DNA of 64,000 nt from Acidobacteriota bacterium (GTDB taxonomy: Bacteria > Acidobacteriota > UBA6911 > RPQK01 > JAJDTT01): assembly GCA_965217775.1 (NCBI GenBank), contig CBDCJH010000002.1, forward strand, positions 2,176,001 to 2,240,000, given 5' to 3'. This document shows, in pieces, positions 58,552 through 64,000 of the stretch. How positions within the stretch are numbered: the first letter of the stretch is position 1; each line of letters starts with the position of its first letter. Below the pieces are notes generated by a model that was not told the DNA's origin, searched no databases, and saw only the letters and a list, made by a program, of their open reading frames with translations. The position numbers and the translations under genes were made by a program.

Positions 58552-59474
58552 CAATCACTCTCCCAGAACGCCTCTGAGAGGTATTTGTCTCCCGAATCCG
58601 GGAATATGGCTACGATGACGCCGTGATCCAGGTTCCGGGCGACCTCGAGCGCCGCCGCCATGGCCGCGCCCGCGGAGATCCCCGCGAAGATACCCTCCTC
58701 CCGGGCCAACCTCAGGACCATCTGCTGCCCCGCTTCGGTGGATATCTCCATATTCAAGTCGGCCAGATTCGGATCGTAGATGGAGGGAACCAGCGCCGTC
58801 GGCATGTGCTTGAGACCCTCCAGGCCATGGAAGGGAGAATCGGGCATGAAGGAGATGGCCTGAATCCGCGGATTCAGCTCCTGGAGACGGCGGGTCGATC
58901 CAACGAAGGTTCCACTCGTTCCCAGACCCGCCACGAAGTGGGTGATCCCGCCGTTCGACTGCCGGTAGATCTCTATTGCCGTCGTCTCGTAGTGGGCCCT
59001 CCAGTTGGCGTCATTGCTGTACTGGTCCGGGTAGAAATACTTTTCCGGCGACTCCTGGTAGAGGCGGCGGATCTCCCGGATCGCTCCGTCGGAACCCTCC
59101 AGCGGATCGGTCAGGCGAATCTTGGCCCCATAGGCCCGCAAAATCTTCTTCCGTTCGATGCTGGCGTTGGCGGGCATGGCCAACAGGACGTCGTAACTCC
59201 GGGTGGCTGCGATCATGGCGTAGGCGATCCCGGTGTTGCCGCTGGTGGAATCGATGAGCGTGCGCCCCGGCCGCAGCAACCCCTGCTCCTCCGCCGTCCG
59301 GATCATGTTGTAGGCGGCCCGGTCCTTGACCGATCCGCCCGGGTTGAATCCCTCCAGCTTCGCCAGGATGCGGACCCGGCCGGGCGGCAGAATCCGCCGG
59401 ATCTCCACCAGCGGCGTGTTGCCGATCCGACTCAGCAGACTCTCTTTCGGCTCGACTGCCAGCTCGACCGCCAT
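58551..59474 (-). CDS. cysM: PLP-dependent cysteine synthase (CysM-type)
   Basis: IGNTPL, NPGGSVKDR, TSGNTG, GLGTSGT, PDSGDKYLS. Confidence 0.93.
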   Translation of the reverse strand: MAVELAVEPKESLLSRIGNTPLVEIRRILPPGRVRILAKLEGFNPGGSVKDRAAYNMIRTAEEQGLLRPGRTLIDSTSGNTGIAYAMIAATRSYDVLLAMPANASIERKKILRAYGAKIRLTDPLEGSDGAIREIRRLYQESPEKYFYPDQYSNDANWRAHYETTAIEIYRQSNGGITHFVAGLGTSGTFVGSTRRLQELNPRIQAISFMPDSPFHGLEGLKHMPTALVPSIYDPNLADLNMEISTEAGQQMVLRLAREEGIFAGISAGAAMAAALEVARNLDHGVIVAIFPDSGDKYLSEAFWESD

Positions 59475-59492
59475 GAGTCTCGTACGCGCTCC

Positions 59493-59909
59493 TCAGATAT
59501 GGTAAACCAGGATCCGGTCATCCTGGATCTTTCGGCGAACCAGATCCTCGACGGTGATGGATTTGAGCTTGTCCACGAACTCCCGCTCGATCTCCTGCCA
59601 AACCTTGTACAAGACGCAGCTTGGCTTCACTCTGGAATCGAGCAGGGTCACGTCTCCCTCCACGGCTTCCAGAATCCGGGCCAGGCTGATCTCTCTGGCC
59701 GGACAGGCCAATTTGTATCCTCCCGCGGCTCCGCGGACACTCTCGACCATGCCCGCTTTCTTGAGCTGAATCAGAATCTGCTCCAGGAACCTCAACGGAA
59801 TTTCCTGCCTCCCGGCCAGCTCGCGGGCCTGCACGCGAGTCGTTGCCGGGTGCAGCGCCAGCTCGAAGATGGCCAGGATAGCGTAGTCGGCCCGCGCCGT
59901 GATCCTCAT
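59493..59909 (-). CDS. Rrf2-family regulator (CymR-like, lacks the three-Cys Fe-S motif)
   Basis: FLEQILIQLKKAGMVESVRGAAGGY; only one Cys in the region that carries three in IscR. Confidence 0.92.
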   Translation of the reverse strand: MRITARADYAILAIFELALHPATTRVQARELAGRQEIPLRFLEQILIQLKKAGMVESVRGAAGGYKLACPAREISLARILEAVEGDVTLLDSRVKPSCVLYKVWQEIEREFVDKLKSITVEDLVRRKIQDDRILVYHI

Positions 59910-59920
59910 TGAATCTCCAC

Positions 59921-59944
59921 AATTCCTACCGATTTAGTCAACTT
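59921..59944 (-). promoter_or_regulatory. Putative Rrf2 (IscR/CymR-type) autoregulatory operator
   Basis: Minus strand AGTTGACTAAATCGGTAGGAATT directly upstream of the RBS resembles IscR type-1 / Rrf2 boxes. Confidence 0.6.
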
Positions 59945-60010
59945 TCGCCGGCATTATGAGATTGCCTGAGAGCTGGTGTCAAGATTTTGCCGGGTGGTGA
60001 GGACCTCCCG

Positions 60011-60850
60011 TCAACAGGTCACGAACTCGACGTCCGGCCGGTGGAGAATCAGGCTGGCGGAGTAACCGCGGTCCAGGAAGAGGCGGACCGCCCGGCGCCC
60101 TTCCTCGCCGTAGCTGAGGGTGCGCTGGTTGACGTACATCCCGACGAACTCGTCGCCCTGGCGCCGGCCCAGCCCCCTGCCAAAACTCAGAGCATAGTCC
60201 AGGGCCTCGTCCCGATGTTCCAGGGCATAGCGGATGCTTTCCTTCAAGAGCCGGCAGACCTGGTGGATCCGTTCCTTTCCCAGATCCCTTCGGATCACGT
60301 TTCCCCCCAGAGGAAGGGGAAGACCGGTACTCTGGTTCCACCATCGGCCCAGGTCCACGACACAGTGCAGGCCCAGACTCTGGTACAGCAGTTGGCCCTC
60401 GTGGATGATCAGACCCGCATCCACCTCTCCGGCCTGTACGGCGGGGATGATCCGGTCGAAGTCCATCACCCGGTATCGCAGCTTGGGCTCCAACAGCTTC
60501 AGAGCCAGGAGGGCGGAGGTTTTTTCGCCCGGCGCCGCCACCAGCAGCGTTGAGATCCGTTCCACGTCGAACGGTTCCCGAGCGACGAGAACCGGTCCGT
60601 AGCCTTCCCCCATGCTGGCGCCGCTGTCCAGCAGGGCATAGCGGTCGGCGAGATAAGCATAGGCATGGATGCTCACAGCCGTCACCTCGTATCGGCCATC
60701 CTTGGCATCTTGATTCAGGCTCTCGATGTCCTTGAGTTCGTGCACGAATTGGAGTCCACCCGTGTCCATGGCGCCGGTGGCCAACGCGTAGAACATGAAG
60801 GCGTCGTCGCTGTCGGGACTGTGAGCTACGTGAATCACCTGATCTGTCAC
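60011..60850 (-). CDS. mqnD: MqnD-like 1,4-dihydroxy-6-naphthoate synthase (MqnA/MqnD/SBP family)
   Basis: HSPDSDDAFMF, DIESLN, GEGYGP, IIHEGQL, LPLPLGG, GMYVN. Confidence 0.8.
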   Translation of the reverse strand: MTDQVIHVAHSPDSDDAFMFYALATGAMDTGGLQFVHELKDIESLNQDAKDGRYEVTAVSIHAYAYLADRYALLDSGASMGEGYGPVLVAREPFDVERISTLLVAAPGEKTSALLALKLLEPKLRYRVMDFDRIIPAVQAGEVDAGLIIHEGQLLYQSLGLHCVVDLGRWWNQSTGLPLPLGGNVIRRDLGKERIHQVCRLLKESIRYALEHRDEALDYALSFGRGLGRRQGDEFVGMYVNQRTLSYGEEGRRAVRLFLDRGYSASLILHRPDVEFVTC

Positions 60851-60908
60851 TGAGGATCTCCTGTTTCGCCGGCCGTTCGGCCCCGGCTGATACCGTCGAG
60901 AGGCCGCA

Positions 60909-61631
60909 CTATAGCAAAAATGAAACGATGTCCTGCAAGTCCTCGACGCGATGCTCGGCGCGGCCCACCCAACGTCGTCCGGGATCGTAAAGAAGAGCGT
61001 GCAGACCCGCCGCCCGGCCGGCATCGTAGTCCTCCTCCGGATGATCTCCTACATGGAGGCACCGGCCCGGGACGGACCCGGCCTGCCGGATCACCATCCG
61101 GAACATCGCTTCCTCAGGTTTGGCATGAGAGGACTCGGAGGAAACTGAAACCAGATCGAAGAATTGACGGATCCCCAACGCCTTCAAAACCGAGTCGATC
61201 CGGCTGTCGAAGTTGGAGATGATACCCAGGTTTCGCCCCTGGAGCTGGAGGCGACCCAGGACCCGCCGGCATCCGGGCTCCAGCTCCCAGGCAGCGTCCG
61301 TGGCGAAGAGATCGAAGACCGATTCGAAAAAACTGTCGAACCGGGGGAATGGCCCCAGGTCCCGGAAGGTTTCGCGAACCACCTCCCTCCACCATTCTTT
61401 CTGGGCGGTTTCTCCGGATCGTTCGGCCAGGGGAGACGCCGTCTGAACCTTCCGAAAAGCCCGCTTGAAGGCACGGTCGATGCGAACGGTCCCGGCCTGA
61501 CCCCCGGCGTCCCGGAAGCCGTGGCGGGAGGCTTCCCGACCGTAGATTTCTCCAACCGAACCGCGGACCCGGAACAGAGTTCCCACGGCGTCGAAGAACA
61601 CCCACTGTATCTTCCAGGGCGGACCCATCAT
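60909..61631 (-). CDS. HAD-IA family hydrolase (REG-2/HDHD3-like)
   Basis: FFDAVGTL, ISNFD, KP, HVGD...D motifs. Confidence 0.9.
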   Translation of the reverse strand: MMGPPWKIQWVFFDAVGTLFRVRGSVGEIYGREASRHGFRDAGGQAGTVRIDRAFKRAFRKVQTASPLAERSGETAQKEWWREVVRETFRDLGPFPRFDSFFESVFDLFATDAAWELEPGCRRVLGRLQLQGRNLGIISNFDSRIDSVLKALGIRQFFDLVSVSSESSHAKPEEAMFRMVIRQAGSVPGRCLHVGDHPEEDYDAGRAAGLHALLYDPGRRWVGRAEHRVEDLQDIVSFLL

Positions 61632-61677
61632 TTCCAGCCGGAAGCGGTAGTTGCTTCGGAATTGTAGCCTGTTCTGA

Positions 61678-62340
61678 CTAAAAGCCGACGGGACGGGCCG
61701 CACCCGTCAGGAACGGGTTGTAGAGTCGCTCCTCACCCACCGTGGTCACGGGTCCGTGGCCCGGATACAGGATAGTGTCGTCTCCCAGGGGAAGGATCCG
61801 GTTTCGAATGGTCTCGATCAGGACGTCGTAGGACGACGAGGGCAGATCGGTCCGGCCGATGGATCCCTGAAACACCGTGTCCCCGCAGAACAGGTGATTC
61901 TCCACTTCCAGCGAGACGCTGCCGGGGGAGTGACCGGGCGTGTGATGCACGCGGATTTGCAGGCAGTCCAAGCTCAAGGTTTGTCCGTCCTCCAGCACAT
62001 CGGTCGGCGGCGGCGCAGGGTCGCAAGTGAGCCCGAACCAATAGCCCCATTCGGGCAGAGCGTCGTAGATGGGTCGATCCTCAGGGTGCAGGTAGATGGG
62101 GGTTCCCCACTCTTCCACCACTTGTCCGACTCCCGTGATGTGATCCACGTGGGCATGGGTCAGCACCACGGCGATCAAGTTGAGGCGGCGCTCCCGAATC
62201 CGGGCCAGAAGGCGCGAAGCCTCGTCCCCGGGGTCGATGTAGACGGCGTTTCCGGTGGCCGGGCAGGACAGGATATAGCCGTTCTTGAAGAACGGACCCA
62301 CTGCGTCCGACTCGATCTCGAAGGAACTCACAACGCGCAT
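61678..62340 (-). CDS. MBL-fold metallo-hydrolase (glyoxalase II/YcbL-like)
   Basis: THAHVDH, TPGHSPG, GDTVFQGSIGRTDL, YPGHGP. Confidence 0.93.
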   Translation of the reverse strand: MRVVSSFEIESDAVGPFFKNGYILSCPATGNAVYIDPGDEASRLLARIRERRLNLIAVVLTHAHVDHITGVGQVVEEWGTPIYLHPEDRPIYDALPEWGYWFGLTCDPAPPPTDVLEDGQTLSLDCLQIRVHHTPGHSPGSVSLEVENHLFCGDTVFQGSIGRTDLPSSSYDVLIETIRNRILPLGDDTILYPGHGPVTTVGEERLYNPFLTGAARPVGF

Positions 62341-62528
62341 ATTCTCAGGCTCGAGGACCCGCAGGTCAACCGTCTTCGGATTGCCGACCTTGATTCCAGC
62401 AACGTGATATCCAATATGACCAGATGGTCGCCGGCGAGGCCCCCCGCGATGTCGAGAACCGCAGCCGTTCCCTCCTCCTCGATGTAGAGCTTGATCAGCG
62501 CGCTGGTGTCGAAACAGTAGCTTGCCAT
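62328..62528 (-). pseudogene. Truncated PIN-domain (VapC-like) toxin
   Basis: YCFDTSALIKLYIEEEGT...E.RSAIRRR is a PIN N-terminus, but the ORF is only 66 aa and runs into the next gene. Confidence 0.75.
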
Positions 62529-62537
62529 CGGCGCGCC

Positions 62538-62903
62538 TCAGTTCCGATCGTCCAGGACCGTATTCGAAATCGAGCCGCCACGAATTCGCACCGGGTTGAA
62601 GCGGGACGTCCGAGCAGTCGCATCCGTCCGAAGCCGCGGGTGACTTCGATTCAGTCGGATCGCCGTCGTCGGGTGCAACGGCGAGTTCGGATCGGAACCC
62701 CCGCCAGTTTCGCCGGAGGCGGTTCCAGCGGGTTCGGGCCGAATTCCATGATCCTGAGGCTCTTCCACGGGATCGAAATTTATCATGACTTCGCAGTTGC
62801 CTCCATCGAAGTAGCTTGCCGAAGCCGTTTCTCGAACCTTCCGCCTCTTCCTTCCGCTCTCGGACGTGTAGTAGACGGTCACCTTCGGCTTGTAGCCGAA
62901 CAT
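62538..62903 (-). CDS. Hypothetical ORF ending in an antitoxin-like C-terminus (possible chimeric remnant)
   Basis: C-terminal PVRIRGGSISNTVLDDR resembles antitoxin tails and lies 9 bp before the PIN ORF. The N-terminal part is unrecognised. Confidence 0.4.
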   Translation of the reverse strand: MFGYKPKVTVYYTSESGRKRRKVRETASASYFDGGNCEVMINFDPVEEPQDHGIRPEPAGTASGETGGGSDPNSPLHPTTAIRLNRSHPRLRTDATARTSRFNPVRIRGGSISNTVLDDRN

Positions 62904-63056
62904 AGGCAGATGACGAAGCCCTTCCAGCTTGGAGGGCAGCACCAAGTCAGGTAGATTTGAATAAGGACTGTCCCCATTTTTCTGCCATAAGGACTTTCCC
63001 CATTGTTCTGGGAGTTCGGGAGAACAGGGGAAGCAGGTTTGAACCAGGATCGCGAC

Positions 63057-63188
63057 GTAGGGGCACCCCTTGTGGGTGCCCGCTGTCGCCGCTTACTGTC
63101 CGGCGCAGGGAGGGCAACCACAAGGGTTGCCCCTACGTGCCCGGGGAGGGCGACCACACGGGAGGGCGACCACAAGGGTCGACCCTAC
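63057..63188. repeat. GTAG-family REP cluster (REPIN-like)
   Basis: GTAGGGGCACCCCTTGTGGGTGCCC (63057-63081), inverted GGGCAACCACAAGGGTTGCCCCTAC (63112-63136), a partial copy, and GGGCGACCACAAGGGTCGACCCTAC (63164-63188). Confidence 0.85.
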
Positions 63189-63225
63189 GTACGATGCGAA
63201 AATTGTCAGGCCCGCAGGGCCGCAG

Positions 63226-63543
63226 TTAACTTGCCCGCCGCCGGATCGCATCCAGCTTGTAGCCTCTCCCACGCAGGGTCCGGATCCGTTTTCCCGCCTT
63301 CCCCAGCTTCTTCCGGAGCCGTCCCACGTGAGTATCCACTGTCCGCTCGCCGCCCTGGTAGTGCTCTCCCCAGGCCGCGTCCAGTAGTTGACGGCGGCTC
63401 AGAGTCCGTCCCGCGTTGCGCAACAGGCAAACCAGAAGATTGTATTCGGTGAGAGTCAGGCGGAGCACGCGTCGTCCGGCCCGCGCCGTAAACTGCTCCA
63501 GATCCACGGAAATGCCCCCAGCACGGATGATGTCAGGAGACAT
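63226..63543 (-). CDS. Stand-alone OmpR/PhoB-type winged-helix DNA-binding domain protein
   Basis: LTLTEYNLL...SRRQLLDAAWG...ERTVDTHVGRLRKKL...IRTLRGRGY with no receiver domain. Confidence 0.8.
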   Translation of the reverse strand: MSPDIIRAGGISVDLEQFTARAGRRVLRLTLTEYNLLVCLLRNAGRTLSRRQLLDAAWGEHYQGGERTVDTHVGRLRKKLGKAGKRIRTLRGRGYKLDAIRRRAS

Positions 63544-63739
63544 GGTAGTCCGTGCCGAAGGTCCGGCATGCCAGCCGGACGAACGATGCGCTGGCCCTTG
63601 CGAAGGAGGAGCACTCTCGTGCCCTCCCGTCGCCATCCGACAGAATGTGAACGAAGAATAAAGCCCCGGGGCGCGATTCAGCGCCCTTCGAACCTCGCGA
63701 AATCTCTTGTCCCGGGACCATGTTTCCCGTCGTGCGGTT

Positions 63740-64000
63740 TCAGGACCGGACCAGGACGAGGTCTTGGCCCCGGCTGGAGGCGTACTCGGAATTCGGGCGG
63801 GTGATGCGAGCCAGAGTCTTGGCCAGGGGATACGAACTCTCCACCTTGGAAGCCCCGACCCCCACCGGGATGAAGTTGCCGCCGTGAGCATCCCAGATGG
63901 CCTTGTTCACCCGATAGGCGCGCTCTTGAGCCGCTGCGAAAGAGGCGTCCGCAAACACGTCGCGGAACTCGGTCATGCGACCCGATTCATCCAATTGGAT
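63740..64000 (-). CDS. C-terminal end of an unidentified protein entering from the window edge
   Basis: Open frame with GC-rich third codon positions up to the edge; no recognisable motif. Confidence 0.5.
   Translation of the reverse strand: MQLDESGRMTEFRDVFADASFAAAQERAYRVNKAIWDAHGGNFIPVGVGASKVESSYPLAKTLARITRPNSEYASSRGQDLVLVRS

Noticed and set aside
63057-63188. CRISPR array
   Set aside because: The repeats are inverted relative to each other, irregularly spaced and few, with no cas genes; they fit REPs instead.

Overview
GC-rich bacterial chromosomal window, most likely Acidobacteriota (inferred from a GWxTD-type protein and an Oar-like TonB-dependent receptor). From left to right: (1) the edge of a probable tRNA-Ser(CGA)-anchored island, with a type I R-M hsdM gene and a decayed IS1634; (2) dnaX-ybaB-recR; (3) a ~25 kb catabolic region (TonB receptor, large (alpha/alpha)6-like protein, enolase-superfamily enzyme, Na+/solute symporter, two paralogous ~1000-aa GH36/clan-D-like proteins, sulfatase, GntR regulator, Nramp-like transporter, metallophosphoesterase), interrupted by IS1380 and serine-recombinase remnants; (4) an IS1182 remnant next to an apparently intact IS110 whose 5' non-coding end is highly structured (candidate bridge RNA); (5) an OmpA lipoprotein, dehydrogenase, PhyH, larA, tadA and wtpA, followed by an intact IS1634; (6) cofactor and sulfur genes (two iscA/hesB, moaA, tkt, ygfZ, folB, mocA-like, and an Rrf2-cysM-JAB-[ubiquitin-like carrier/MoeB/rhodanese fusion] operon, mqnD); (7) a decayed toxin-antitoxin pair and GTAG-type REPs. 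Two ~160-bp MITE families are present. One shares its ends with the resident IS1182 remnant, and several elements sit at CTAG/TAG stop codons. No CRISPR array or rRNA was seen. All family calls come from motif recognition by eye; no database searches were run.
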